This document shows, one piece after another, positions 18,246 through 28,859 of a stretch of 64,000 nucleotides of DNA (its first letter is position 1; the number at the start of each line of letters is the position of its first letter). Both the position numbers and the translations under genes were made by a program. This DNA comes from an uncultured delta proteobacterium. GTDB taxonomy: Bacteria > Myxococcota_A > Polyangia > Fen-1088. Below the pieces are notes generated by a model, which worked only from the letters and a program-made list of their open reading frames with translations, did no database searches and was not told the origin of the DNA. The DNA lies in the NCBI GenBank assembly GCA_963767925.1, contig CAVYGB010000002.1:224001-288000 (forward strand), given 5' to 3'.

Positions 18246-21128
18246 TCAATTGGCGGCGCCCGCCTCCCGCTTGCCAGGTGCGGCGGCGGCGGGCGAGGCG
18301 GTCTCGGGCTTGAGGATCCCCTGCAAGTAGCTGCCCCTGGTCAGGTATCGCCGCGCGCTGGCCTGCACCCGCTCGGACGTGACCCGGCTCAGGAACGGCT
18401 CGATGTCGAGGGCCTTGCGGGGGTCCTCCCCGTACCGGTAGGCCTCCTCGAGCTCCCCCTCCCAGAAGCCGTTCTCCTTGAGGTTGATCTCGTGGGACCG
18501 GCGGCGGGCCTGCTTCACCTTGTCGAGGTAGTCGGGGCCGATGCCGTTCTTCTGGAGCGCGGCAATCTCGTCGAGCACCTTCTGCTTGAGGGGCTCGATG
18601 TTCTCGGGGGCGCAGCCGAAGCCGACCGAGAAGGTGTACTCCGGCCGGGGGCGACGGGCGATGTAGCCACCTGCCCCCACGCCGTACACCCCGCCCAGCT
18701 CCTCGCGGAGCTGCTCGCGCAGGCGGATCGACAGGACCTGACCGAGGATCGCCATGTCGTCCTGCTTCTCCTGGCTGAAGCGCTCGTTGCCGTGGAAGGC
18801 CATCATGACCCGGCCCTTTGGCTCGGTCCCCTTGAGCACGGTCTTGCTCTGCCCGCCCCGGGGCCAGCGCACCCCGATGTCGCGCCACTTCTCCTTGCGC
18901 CCGACGGTGGGCAGGCTGGCGAGGTAGGTCTCGACCAGCGGCTGCAGCTTGGCCACCTCGACGTTGCCCACGATCACGAAGGTGAAGTCGCCCGCCTCCC
19001 GGAAGCGCTCCTGGTAGGTGGCGAGCGCCCGCTCGAGGCGCACCTTCTCCAGCACGGCCGGGGTGGTCGGCTGGCGCCGCCTGTGGTTGCTCGACAGGAA
19101 CAGGCCCATGTCCTCCTGGAACACCGCCTCGGGGCTCATGCGCCGGTTGCGCACCCGCTCGCTCTCCCGCTGCTGCCAGGACCGGAAGGAGGCCTCGTCC
19201 TTGCGCGGCCCGGTGAAGGCCAGGTGGGTCAGCTCGAACAGGGTCAAGATGTCCTCGGGCGACGACCCGGCCCGCACGTTCTCCTCCAGCTCGCTCACCC
19301 CGCTGTTGACCCACACGATCTTGTCGTTGAGGACCTTGCGCAGGCTGACCGCATCGAGCGGTCCCAGCCCCGCCTCGTGCACGATGCTGCCGGCGAAGCG
19401 GGCAGCGTCGTAGTCGGCGTCCTTGACCAGCGAGTGCCCGCCCGGCGAAAAGCCGGTCAGGCGGACCTCGTCGTTCTTGAAGGTGGTCGGCTTGACCACC
19501 ACCTTGGCCCCGTTCGACAGCGTCCATTCGGTCACGCCGATCTCGGGCAAGGTCCGGGTGGCCACAACCTGCCCCGCCTTCGGCGTCCGGGCCAGCAAGG
19601 GCGCCGCCGACAGCGCGTCGTCGTAGGCGGTCACCGTCTTCTTGTCGACCGCCTTCACGATGGCCTGCACCTCGTCGGGCGTGATCTTCTTCATGCTGTC
19701 GGGGCCGGTCACCGCCACCACCCGGCTCCCCCCGCCCACCCAGGCCCGGGCCAGGGTGCTCAGCTCCTCGGCGGTGAAGGTGGGCAGCAGCTTCTCGGTC
19801 AGCGCCTGCTCCGCCTCCGACCCGGGCATGGTCTCGCCCTCCAGGAAGTGCCGCACGATCTCCCCGGCGAACTCGCGGGCGTCGCGCTTGTCGCGCTCGA
19901 TGACCCCCTGGCGCACGCCGCGCAACACGCGCTTGCGGGCCCGGTCGAGCTCGGTCTTCGCGAAGCCGAACCTCTCGACCCGCAGCAGCTCCTCCAGCAG
20001 GGCGGCGGTGGCGCGGTCGACCTGCCCCTCCTTGGCGATCGCGCTCAGGCGGAACACGTCGGCCGAGCGGACCATCGAGGCGGTGCCCGACCCGGCCTGC
20101 ACGTAGGGGGCGTCGGGCTTGCGGCGGATCTCGTCGAGCCGGCCGTTGAGCATGATGTGGTAGAGCTGCTCGGCCAGCATGCGCCGGTAGTCGGCCTCGC
20201 TGCGCCTGGGCCGGGGGGGCAGCTTGTTGAAGATCGTCACCGCGGTGGTCGGCATCTCGGGATCGGTCTCGATGCTGACCAGGGTCTCGTCGTGGCGGGG
20301 CATCTCGGCCAGCGTGCGCGGCCGCGGGCTCGCCGCCGCCGGCAGGGTGGAGAACTCGGCGGCGATCTTCTTCTCGATCTCGTCGGGCTTGAAGTCCCCC
20401 ACCGCGATGACCGCCATCAGATCCGGGCGGTACCAGTCCTTGTAGAAGCGGGCCAGCGTGTCGCGGGGAGCCCCCTTGATGATGTCGGCCTTGCCGATGG
20501 GCAGCCGGGTGGCGTATTTCGACCCCTTCCAGGTGACGGGGGCCTGCTTCTCGAACAGGCGCATGCCCGCCCCCCGGCCCAGCCGCCACTCCTCGAGCAC
20601 CACGCCCCGCTCCTTGTCGACCTCGGCGCCGTCGATGCTGACGTCGCCGGCCCAGTCGCGCAGCACCTGCAAGGCCTTGTCGACAAGCTCGGCGTTGTCG
20701 GTGGGGACCTGCAGCTGGTACACCGTCTCGTCGAACGAGGTGTAGGCGTTCAGGTGGGGGCCGAACCGCATGCCGGCCCGCTCGACGAAGTTGACGATGT
20801 CCTGCTTGGGGAACCGTTTCGTCCCGTTAAAGCCCATGTGCTCGAGGAAGTGGGCCAGCCCCTGCTGGTCGTCGTCCTCGAGGATCGAGCCGGCGTTGAC
20901 CGCCAGCCAGAGCTGGGCGCGCTTCTCCGGCTTGGCGTGGGGCAAGACGTAATAGGTGAGGCCGTTGGCCAGCTTGCCCCGCTTGACCCGGGGGTCGAGG
21001 GGCAGCTCGGGATCGGCGGCGGCCAGCGCGGGGTCGGCGACCCCACCTTTGGGCGGCGTGGCCTGGCTGCCGGCGCAGGCCGCGAGGGCCAGGGAGAGGA
21101 CCATCAACAGACGCGTGGTTCGCTGCAT
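18246..21128 (-). CDS. M16 family zinc protease (PqqL-like) lipoprotein
   Basis: Lipobox LAAC, GLAHFLEHM (inverted HxxEH), NAYTSFDETVY, LREELGGVY. Confidence 0.95.
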   Translation of the reverse strand: MQRTTRLLMVLSLALAACAGSQATPPKGGVADPALAAADPELPLDPRVKRGKLANGLTYYVLPHAKPEKRAQLWLAVNAGSILEDDDQQGLAHFLEHMGFNGTKRFPKQDIVNFVERAGMRFGPHLNAYTSFDETVYQLQVPTDNAELVDKALQVLRDWAGDVSIDGAEVDKERGVVLEEWRLGRGAGMRLFEKQAPVTWKGSKYATRLPIGKADIIKGAPRDTLARFYKDWYRPDLMAVIAVGDFKPDEIEKKIAAEFSTLPAAASPRPRTLAEMPRHDETLVSIETDPEMPTTAVTIFNKLPPRPRRSEADYRRMLAEQLYHIMLNGRLDEIRRKPDAPYVQAGSGTASMVRSADVFRLSAIAKEGQVDRATAALLEELLRVERFGFAKTELDRARKRVLRGVRQGVIERDKRDAREFAGEIVRHFLEGETMPGSEAEQALTEKLLPTFTAEELSTLARAWVGGGSRVVAVTGPDSMKKITPDEVQAIVKAVDKKTVTAYDDALSAAPLLARTPKAGQVVATRTLPEIGVTEWTLSNGAKVVVKPTTFKNDEVRLTGFSPGGHSLVKDADYDAARFAGSIVHEAGLGPLDAVSLRKVLNDKIVWVNSGVSELEENVRAGSSPEDILTLFELTHLAFTGPRKDEASFRSWQQRESERVRNRRMSPEAVFQEDMGLFLSSNHRRRQPTTPAVLEKVRLERALATYQERFREAGDFTFVIVGNVEVAKLQPLVETYLASLPTVGRKEKWRDIGVRWPRGGQSKTVLKGTEPKGRVMMAFHGNERFSQEKQDDMAILGQVLSIRLREQLREELGGVYGVGAGGYIARRPRPEYTFSVGFGCAPENIEPLKQKVLDEIAALQKNGIGPDYLDKVKQARRRSHEINLKENGFWEGELEEAYRYGEDPRKALDIEPFLSRVTSERVQASARRYLTRGSYLQGILKPETASPAAAAPGKREAGAAN

Positions 21129-21278
21129 GGGATCCCGGATGTTACCTCGCGTCCGGGAGCCCTCATAGGCCGGCGCTGACGTCGTGCGACCAGGGGCACG
21201 GCCGCCCGATGTTCCCGGTGCGCTGAAAATAACGCACGACTCGATGCAGTCGAGCCCCGCGGTTGCCACATTAGGAGG

Positions 21279-22463
21279 GTGAGCGCGAGGCGGCGCCGGC
21301 GACCGGGATTCGCCGCCATGGTCGTGGCAGTCGCCTTCGGGTTCCAGGTGCCCGCCCTGCTCGCCATCGGGCGGCTGAGCGGCAGCGTCGTGCTGATGCT
21401 GGTCCTGACGGCGCTGGGCCTGGCCGCCTCGCTGATCACCTCCCGCAACCCCTGGGAGCACCGGCCCCGGTCGCGCCTGGAGCTGTACCTCGTGATGTGG
21501 CCGTTCTTCGCCTGGTGGGCGGTGTGCGCGGTCTTCCTGGGGCTCGGCCTGCTGGCGCTCGGGGTGGCCGCCTTGACAGCCGTCTCGCTGGATCGGGCGC
21601 TGGCCGTCGCCGGGGGGCTGTCCCTCGTGGGGGGCCTGCGCGCGCTCAGCCGGCGGCCGCGCGTCTGCGCCCACACCGTCCCCATCGCCGGCCTGCCCGC
21701 GTCCTTCACCGGCTACCGGATCGCCCAGATCTCCGACCTGCACTGCGGCCCCTTCACCCCGCCCGGGCGGATCCAGCGCTGGGTGGCGGCGGTCAACGCT
21801 CTGGAGGCCGATCTGGTGACCGTCACCGGCGACCTCATCACTTCGGGCCACGACTACGTCGCCCCGGTGGCCGAGAGCCTTGGCGGACTGCGCGCCGCCG
21901 ACGGCGTCTTCGCCTGCATGGGCAACCACGACTACTTCACCGACGGCGACGCCTTCGCCCGCGCGCTCGAGGCGCAAGGCCTGCGCCTGCTGCGCAACCG
22001 GGGCGTGGTCATCGCGCGCGACGGCGGGCAGCTCTACCTGGCCGGCGTCGACGACACCTGGACCCACCGCCACGATCTCGAGCAGGCCCTGCGGGCCCGC
22101 CCGCCCGGCGTTCCGGTGGTGCTGCTGGCCCACGACCCGGCGCTGTTCCCGGCCGCCGCCGCCCGCGGCGTCGACCTGACCCTGTCGGGCCACACCCACG
22201 GCGGCCAGCTCGCCGTCCCGGTCGCCCCCCGCCGCCTCAACCTGGCGCGCTTCATGACCCCCTTCACCGCGGGCCTCTACTGCATCGATCGTTCGGCCCT
22301 GTACGTGAACCGGGGCCTCGGCACCACCGGTCCCCCGATCCGCCTGGGCGTGCGCCCGGAGATCGCGGTGTTCACCCTGGTCCCCGCCGACCCCACCGCC
22401 ACCGACGAGCTGGCCCACCTCGCCGAAGACGTGATCCGCGACGCCAGCGAGCCGGAGGGGTAG
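21279..22463 (+). CDS. Membrane-bound metallophosphoesterase (YkuE-like)
   Basis: N-terminal TMs. SDLH, TGD, GNHD, LAH.P, SGHTHGGQ, RGLG motifs. Confidence 0.93.
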   Translation: MSARRRRRPGFAAMVVAVAFGFQVPALLAIGRLSGSVVLMLVLTALGLAASLITSRNPWEHRPRSRLELYLVMWPFFAWWAVCAVFLGLGLLALGVAALTAVSLDRALAVAGGLSLVGGLRALSRRPRVCAHTVPIAGLPASFTGYRIAQISDLHCGPFTPPGRIQRWVAAVNALEADLVTVTGDLITSGHDYVAPVAESLGGLRAADGVFACMGNHDYFTDGDAFARALEAQGLRLLRNRGVVIARDGGQLYLAGVDDTWTHRHDLEQALRARPPGVPVVLLAHDPALFPAAAARGVDLTLSGHTHGGQLAVPVAPRRLNLARFMTPFTAGLYCIDRSALYVNRGLGTTGPPIRLGVRPEIAVFTLVPADPTATDELAHLAEDVIRDASEPEG

Positions 22464-22489
22464 CTGGCCCGCACCGTTCCCCGTTCCCC

Positions 22490-22680
<191 letters not shown>

Positions 22681-22780
22681 GACTGACGTGGACGATATCG
22701 GACGGGGACGCGTGCGCCGGCGGGGAGAGGGGTGAGACCTCATCCCTCTCCCGGGCCGGGAGAGGGATGAGGGGACGCGC

Positions 22781-24175
22781 CTACTGGCAGGTCGGGGGCG
22801 CGATGGTGTCGTTGCAGGTGCCGGTGGCGCAGAATTCGCCGCCGCAGCAGGCCTGGCCGATCACGCCGCAGACCTTGCAGGTGTCCGGGTTGCCGCCGAC
22901 GCCATCGACGCAGGTGGTGCCGGGCTTCGAGCAGAAGCCGTCGTTGCCGCCGCAGCAGAGCTGGTTCGTCCCACCGCAGGTGGCGCCAGTGGGGCCGCAG
23001 CTCCCGTCGGCGTTGCAGGTCCCCGTGCTCCCGCCGCAGGCGGTGCCGACGGCGATGCAGTCGACGTCCTCGTTGACACAGCCCGCAGTGCACAGGTTGC
23101 CCGGGCAGGCGTCGGCGCCGGTGGTTCCGCAGGGGTCGCAGGTGCCGCCCGCGCAGACCAGACCGGCCCCGTAGCAGATGTCGCCGTCGCAGCAGCCCTC
23201 GCCGGCCCCGCCGCAGGCAGTGCACTGCCCAGCGGCGCACGCACCACCTCCGCCGGGGCAGGTCTCGCCCGCGCCGGTGCACTCACCCGCGCCGTCGCCG
23301 GTGCAGCAGCCGCCGGCGGTACAGGTCCGGCCCGCGCAGCAGGCGTCCCCGTCGGTGCCACAGGCTTCGCAGGTGCCGGTGCCGGCGCCGTTGCAGACGA
23401 AGCCGGTGTCGCACGCCCGGTTGGCGCAGCAGTTGGCCCCGTCGCCACCGCACATCACGCAGGTGTTGTCGTCGCCGCCGCCGCCGGGATCGCAATACGA
23501 GCCAGGGGTGCGACAGATGTCGAGCTGGCAGCAGTTCTCACCCACGGCCCCGCACTCGGCGCAGACGCCGGCGGTGCACATGCCACCGCTGGGGTCTCCC
23601 GTGGTGCCGTCGCCGTTGGCCCGACAGGCGGCGCCGGCGGCGACACAGGTCTGCCGGTCCTCACCCTCGGTCACGAAGGCCGCGCAGCAGCCGCCGGCGA
23701 GACAGGAATTGCCGGTGCAACAGACCTGGCCGGGCAATCCGCAGAGAGGCGTGTCGGTCGCCGTATCGACAGGCAGGGCGGTGTCCACCGGGCCGTCGGG
23801 CGTGGGCGCATCGACCGGGGCGTCGGCCACCGGGCCGTCGCCGGCCGGGCCGTCGCCGGCCGGGCCGTCGCCGGGGACCGCATCGGTGCCTGGTCCGTCG
23901 GCCGGCGTGGCGTCGGTCGCGTCCGCGGCCCGCGTGTCGGTGGCGCCACCGCTGCCGCCGGTGGCCGCGCCGTCACGGCCGCCCGTGCCGCCAGCTCCCC
24001 CCGTGCCGCCGCCGGTGCCGCCGGTGCTGCCCGAGTCGCGGCTGCCGCCGGTGCCGCCGGTGCCACCCGGCTTCGGGTCGTCGCCGCAGCCCACGACCAG
24101 CAGGAGCGCGCCAGCGACGGCGGCCATCAACCTCAGCTCGGCGGCCCGGCCATAACGTGCACGATGGATTCGCAT
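22781..24175 (-). CDS. Secreted Cys-rich repeat lipoprotein
   Basis: RBS GGGAGG, lipobox VVGC, Gly/Asp-Pro linker, repeated CG..G..CC....C modules. Confidence 0.85.
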   Translation of the reverse strand: MRIHRARYGRAAELRLMAAVAGALLLVVGCGDDPKPGGTGGTGGSRDSGSTGGTGGGTGGAGGTGGRDGAATGGSGGATDTRAADATDATPADGPGTDAVPGDGPAGDGPAGDGPVADAPVDAPTPDGPVDTALPVDTATDTPLCGLPGQVCCTGNSCLAGGCCAAFVTEGEDRQTCVAAGAACRANGDGTTGDPSGGMCTAGVCAECGAVGENCCQLDICRTPGSYCDPGGGGDDNTCVMCGGDGANCCANRACDTGFVCNGAGTGTCEACGTDGDACCAGRTCTAGGCCTGDGAGECTGAGETCPGGGGACAAGQCTACGGAGEGCCDGDICYGAGLVCAGGTCDPCGTTGADACPGNLCTAGCVNEDVDCIAVGTACGGSTGTCNADGSCGPTGATCGGTNQLCCGGNDGFCSKPGTTCVDGVGGNPDTCKVCGVIGQACCGGEFCATGTCNDTIAPPTCQ

Positions 24176-24365
24176 CAAGGATCCTCCCGTTAGTCGCGTA
24201 GTGCTGGGGCGCGATCGCCGGCGTTTACCTGGCTTCAGCGACGATAACGCTGCTTCGCCCATTGATAGGAGAACCGGGGACGGCCTCTTTCGTCAACTGA
24301 TTCCGGGGTCGAAAGCCGACCGTGGCGACGCTGGTGCTCGGGACATACACCTCGTCACATGTCCG

Positions 24366-25193
24366 TCACACCAGTCGCCGCCAGCGGGCCTCGATGAACG
24401 AGCTGACCCCCACCGCGATCAGCCCGACCGCCATCAGCCCCAGCAGCCCGGCCCCGTAACCCTCCAGCAACCGGAGGACGCCACCGATGCCCCGGACCTG
24501 CCGCGGGTCGTGCTGGATGGCCGCGCGCAGGAGGAGGTATCCCACCCAGGTGAACAGCGTTCCCTGTGAGGCGGATCCCAGGCGGATGAAAAACGCCGCC
24601 GCCAGCGCCCCCTGCCGGCCCAGCCGGCGCACGTCGAGGTCGGCGCAAACGTTTCGAACGAAGAGGGCCCGGGCCAGGAACCAGATACCCACCGAGGCGA
24701 AGATGAGGGCGGCCGCCACCAGCAAGACCACCCCGTAGGGCAGCCGCAGAGCCTCGTCGCTCAGCACCCGCGCCTGGGCATCGCCGGTGCGGGGCGCCCG
24801 GTATCCGGAGGCGAGGGCGACGGCCCCCCAGATGAGCAGCAAGGACCCGGCCCCGCTGACCACCTCGCCGATGCGGATCAGCAGGATCCGCAGCGACCGC
24901 GGGCGGCGGGCCGGGTCGGCCAGCCCCACCACGAAGCGCAGCAGCGCGTACCCCAGCAGCCCGCTGGCGACGACGAGCAGGATGGGCCGCCCCAGCGGCG
25001 CGCGCGCCACCTCCCGGAACGCCCCGGGCGCATCGGTCGCCTGGGCCCCCGCCTCCCCGATGGCGGCGGCCAGCGCCAGGACCCCCACCAGCAGGTGGAC
25101 GACCCCCTTGGCCCCGTAGCCGATCCGGGCGTACGCCAGGAAGAACGACCTGGCGCTGTGGAGCACGCCGGCCCTCCGCGTGCCGACAAACAC
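24366..25193 (-). CDS. DUF1206 domain membrane protein
   Basis: ARIGYGAKGVVHLLVG, PLGRPIL, EARWRR, with several TM helices. Confidence 0.85.
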   Translation of the reverse strand: MFVGTRRAGVLHSARSFFLAYARIGYGAKGVVHLLVGVLALAAAIGEAGAQATDAPGAFREVARAPLGRPILLVVASGLLGYALLRFVVGLADPARRPRSLRILLIRIGEVVSGAGSLLLIWGAVALASGYRAPRTGDAQARVLSDEALRLPYGVVLLVAAALIFASVGIWFLARALFVRNVCADLDVRRLGRQGALAAAFFIRLGSASQGTLFTWVGYLLLRAAIQHDPRQVRGIGGVLRLLEGYGAGLLGLMAVGLIAVGVSSFIEARWRRLV

Positions 25194-25283
25194 CCTCAGA
25201 ACCTGGGGCCGTCTCCCAACGGGCGCAACCCCGATGCCCCGGGCCGCTCAAGGTTTTCCCGGCGACGTCCGAAGAGGCGCTGC

Positions 25284-27098
25284 ATGAGGCTCCGCGCGCG
25301 CACTACCAGGACGACGTCCGACCGCACGACAATCCTTCCTTATCTTTTCCCCTTTCTCCTGCTGTTCTCGCTGCCGGCCGGCTGCGACGACACCGACGAC
25401 CCGGGCGGCGACGGCGGCACCGGCACCGACGCCGCCCCGACCGACGGCGCGGGCAGCGACGCACCCCCCGCCACCGGCAACTGTCCCACCCTCACGACGA
25501 CAACGACCCTGGCCGAGAGCATCGACGCCGACGCCACCTGGCGGGGCGCGGTGAAGGTCACCGGCGCCGTGCGGGTCAACATGGCCAAGATCACCATCGA
25601 GGCCGGCACCACCTTCGTGATGGACCCCGACGCCTCCATCGAGTTCGGCTGGAACTCCAACCTGGCCAGCGTGTTCGCCCGCGGCACCGCCGCCGCGCCG
25701 ATCCGCTTCTGCGGCAAGGTGGCCCAGGCCGGCTACTACAAGGGCATCCTCGTGGGGGACCGGGTCACCAGCGACAGCGTGTTCGAGCACGTCATCGTCA
25801 GCGACGGCGGGCAGATGACCGGCGCGGCGCTGACCATCGGGGCGGGCATCCTGGTCAAGGACGTGCAGGTGATCCGCTCGGGCGCCGACGGCGTCCAGGC
25901 CGACAACTTCAAGGAGGGCAGCGAGCGGCTCACCGTCATGGGGGCGAGCAAGATCGCCCTCGTCCTGACCGCGCAGGAGGCCATCAGCCGGGTCCCCCTG
26001 CTGGGCTCGTACGCCACGGGCAACGGCACCAACGCCATCGCCCTGCGCTTCGAGGCCATCGACGCGGTCGACGCCACCTTCCGCGCCGCCGGGGTCCCCT
26101 ACATCCAGGAGCAGCCGATGTACGTCCGCAACGGCAAGAAGCTCGTCTTCCAGGCCGGCGTCGACTACCGGCTGGCCGTCGATCAGAAGCTGGAGGTCGG
26201 CTGGAACGGCGGCGCCTCCACCATCACCGCCGAGGGGACCGCCGACAAGCCGATCCTGTTCGGGCGGGTCTCGGACAGCGCGGGCGCCTTCGCCGGGCTG
26301 CTGCTGCAGACCATGGTCCGGTCGGACAGCGTGCTCAAGTTCGTCAAGATCAAGGGGGGCGGCAACGGCGCGCCCGCGCTCGATATCCGGGCGCCGGTGA
26401 AGATCGACAACGTCACCCTCGAGGGCAACGCCACCGGGCTCAGCGTCGAGGGCAAGGGCTTCACCGCCGGCTCGACAAAGCTCACCATCACCGGCACCAG
26501 CGGCGGACCGCCCGCCACCGTGGATCCCGACGCCGCCTTGACCCTGCCGAAGGGAGGCGCCTTCACCGGCAACCCTGGCGGCGACTGGATCGTCATCCCC
26601 GAGGGGGCCCTCGAGTCCTCCGGCACCTTGCCCAACCTCGGCGTTCCCTACCGGGTCGCCGGCAAGATCACCACCCGGGCCAGCTCTGCTCAGAGCAACC
26701 CGGCCCTGACGATCGAAGCGGGCACCACCTTGCAGATGGCCTCCGACGCCTGGATCGAAGTCGGCTGGAACTCGGCCATGGCGTCGATCACCGCGGTGGG
26801 GACCGCCGCCAATCCCATCGTCTTCCGGGGGGTCAACGACGTGGCCGGCTCCTGGGACGGCATCCTCATCGGCGCCATGGTCAGCAGCAGCTCGAAGCTC
26901 GACCACGTCCAGATCCTCAATGGCGGCAAGGCGGGCAGCGCCGCCCTCCGCCTGAACCGGGCCGCCTTCGACGTGAAGAACACCCGCCTGTCCAAGTCGA
27001 GCGGCTGGTGCATCGAGAGGGTCGCCGGGGACGCCACCGACTACGCCACGGGCGGCAACACCTTCGACATGTGCGCCGCCGGCAACGTCGGCCCGTAG
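25284..27098 (+). CDS. Lipoprotein with three repeated beta-helix-like modules
   Basis: Lipobox PAGC, three copies of E.GWN...(I)TA.GTA..PI.F...S.S.L..V.I..GG. Confidence 0.8.
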   Translation: MRLRARTTRTTSDRTTILPYLFPFLLLFSLPAGCDDTDDPGGDGGTGTDAAPTDGAGSDAPPATGNCPTLTTTTTLAESIDADATWRGAVKVTGAVRVNMAKITIEAGTTFVMDPDASIEFGWNSNLASVFARGTAAAPIRFCGKVAQAGYYKGILVGDRVTSDSVFEHVIVSDGGQMTGAALTIGAGILVKDVQVIRSGADGVQADNFKEGSERLTVMGASKIALVLTAQEAISRVPLLGSYATGNGTNAIALRFEAIDAVDATFRAAGVPYIQEQPMYVRNGKKLVFQAGVDYRLAVDQKLEVGWNGGASTITAEGTADKPILFGRVSDSAGAFAGLLLQTMVRSDSVLKFVKIKGGGNGAPALDIRAPVKIDNVTLEGNATGLSVEGKGFTAGSTKLTITGTSGGPPATVDPDAALTLPKGGAFTGNPGGDWIVIPEGALESSGTLPNLGVPYRVAGKITTRASSAQSNPALTIEAGTTLQMASDAWIEVGWNSAMASITAVGTAANPIVFRGVNDVAGSWDGILIGAMVSSSSKLDHVQILNGGKAGSAALRLNRAAFDVKNTRLSKSSGWCIERVAGDATDYATGGNTFDMCAAGNVGP

Positions 27099-27108
27099 CG
27101 ACGGGCGC

Positions 27109-27705
27109 CTACTTCTTGCAGGTGTCCTCGACGAAGGGAACGAACCCGGCCCCCATGTCGACCTCGATGCGGTGGAAGCCGGCCTTGGGGCCGGTCTTGC
27201 CCAGCGACTCGCGGACCTTCAGCTTCTTGCCGGCGAAGGTCTGCTCGCCCAGGAAGGTGACGGTCTCACCCTCGGCGGTGCCGGTCCCGGTGCCGAACCC
27301 GCCGCCGCTGTCGACCCCGGTGATGAGGAACTTGTTCGCCACGGTGTCGTACCCCACGTAGAAGATCCCCTTCATCGCCGGGTTGGTTTTGCTCTTTTTC
27401 AGGTCGTACTCACCTTTCCAGAAGTGCCCCTCCAGCTCCTTCCTGAACCGGACGGTGCTCTTGCCGGTCAGCTCGGGCGAGCCCGGGCCGAAGGCGTTGG
27501 CCGCGAACTTCGTGTCACACCGCCAGCTCCCGTCGAACGGCTTCATGAAGGCGTCCAGCTCGGGGGGCGGGGGCGGCGGGCCTTCGGGGGGGCCGGCCCC
27601 CGCTTCGGGCTTTTCGGCGGGGGGCTGGGCCAGCACCGCCGCGGGCATCGCCGGGACCATCACCACGAGCACCCCCAGCACGACCGGACCAATGTTCCTG
27701 GACAT
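27109..27705 (-). CDS. DUF1579-like secreted protein
   Basis: RBS AAGGAGG, signal peptide, PELD..K.F.G.W.C, GYD, DS.GG motifs. Confidence 0.75.
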   Translation of the reverse strand: MSRNIGPVVLGVLVVMVPAMPAAVLAQPPAEKPEAGAGPPEGPPPPPPELDAFMKPFDGSWRCDTKFAANAFGPGSPELTGKSTVRFRKELEGHFWKGEYDLKKSKTNPAMKGIFYVGYDTVANKFLITGVDSGGGFGTGTGTAEGETVTFLGEQTFAGKKLKVRESLGKTGPKAGFHRIEVDMGAGFVPFVEDTCKK

Positions 27706-27791
27706 CGACGCCCTCCTTTCACGTTGCAGCGCGGGCCCAGCCACCATAGTGGCGGGACCACCCCCCTGTCCACGAGGAGCTCCGCCGCCCG

Positions 27792-28670
27792 ATGAACCGG
27801 TCTGAACGCGCGCCCGAGCCGGGACCCGGCAGCATCATCGACGGGGCCTACCGGCTCAACCGGGTGCTGTCCCAGGGGGGGATGGGGACGGTCTACGAGG
27901 CGATCCAGCTCCGCCTGAACCGGCGGGTGGCGGTGAAGATCATGGCCGCCGAGCTGACCGAGAACCCCGACGCCATGGCCCGCTTCCGCCGGGAGGTCAA
28001 GGTGACCGCCCAGCTCGCCCACCCCAATGTCGTGCAGCTCCTCGACTACGGCAGCACGACCTCGGGGCAGCCCTACCTCGTGACCGAGTTCCTCGAGGGG
28101 GAAGACCTCGAGCAGCGGCTCGAGCGGGTCTCGCAGATGTTGCTGTCGTCGGTCTTGCCCCTGCTGCGCCAGATGGTCTCGGCGCTGGCCGCCATCCACG
28201 CCAAGGGGATCGTCCACCGCGACTTCAAGCCGGGCAACGTCCTGCTGCTGCAGATCGACGGGGCCATCGACTTCGTCAAGGTCGTCGACTTCGGCATCTC
28301 CAAGATCCGCAACTCCGACACGAAGCTCACCAAGAGCAGCACCATGATCGGCACGCCCGAATACATGTCGCCCGAGCAGGCCCTCGGCCGGGTCGACGAC
28401 GTCGACCACCGCAGCGACCAGTGGGCCCTGGCCTGCACGGTCTGGCGGATGTTGTGCGGCCACGCCCCCTTCACCGGCAACCACATCAACGTCCTCATCG
28501 ACCGGGTCGTGAACGAGGACCCGCCCCGCCTGCTCGACCTGGCCCCCCACGTCGTGCCCCAGGTCGAGAAGGTCCTGCGCCGGGCCATGGCCAAGCGCCA
28601 GTCACAACGCTTCCCCACGGTGATGGCCTTCCTCCGCGCCTTCGAAGCCGCCGCCGCCAGCGGGCATTGA
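27792..28670 (+). CDS. Hanks-type Ser/Thr protein kinase (kinase domain only)
   Basis: GGMGTVY, VAVK, HRDFKPGN, DFGISK, GTPEYMSPEQ. Confidence 0.96.
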   Translation: MNRSERAPEPGPGSIIDGAYRLNRVLSQGGMGTVYEAIQLRLNRRVAVKIMAAELTENPDAMARFRREVKVTAQLAHPNVVQLLDYGSTTSGQPYLVTEFLEGEDLEQRLERVSQMLLSSVLPLLRQMVSALAAIHAKGIVHRDFKPGNVLLLQIDGAIDFVKVVDFGISKIRNSDTKLTKSSTMIGTPEYMSPEQALGRVDDVDHRSDQWALACTVWRMLCGHAPFTGNHINVLIDRVVNEDPPRLLDLAPHVVPQVEKVLRRAMAKRQSQRFPTVMAFLRAFEAAAASGH

Positions 28671-28692
28671 GCGTGGCGGCCCGCGCAGGCCG

Positions 28693-28818
28693 GGTGAGCG
28701 TGGTGCGCGGACGAAACGCGCGGTGAGCGTGGTGCGCGGGTGAGCGTGGTGCGCAGGCGAATGCGCGGGTGAGCGTGGTGCGCGGACGAAACGCGCGGTG
28801 AGCGTGGTGCGCGGGTGA
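28693..28818. repeat. Tandem repeat with core GGTGAGCGTGGTGCGC x5
   Basis: Five cores separated by 1-13 bp linkers, two of which are identical. Confidence 0.85.
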
Positions 28819-28859
28819 CGCGGCGGCGGACCGGCGGAGCGGGCGTGGTAGAAGCGCGC

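Noticed and set aside
18165..21179. Long antisense and alternate-frame ORFs (also 47371-50835, 28880-32299, 51794-54010 and many others)
   Set aside because: Shadow ORFs caused by high GC and codon bias. They are Arg/Pro/Gly-rich, lack motifs and overlap well-supported genes.
28693..28818. Mini-CRISPR (16-bp core with variable linkers)
   Set aside because: Core and linkers are too short and the linkers themselves repeat, so it is a simple VNTR.
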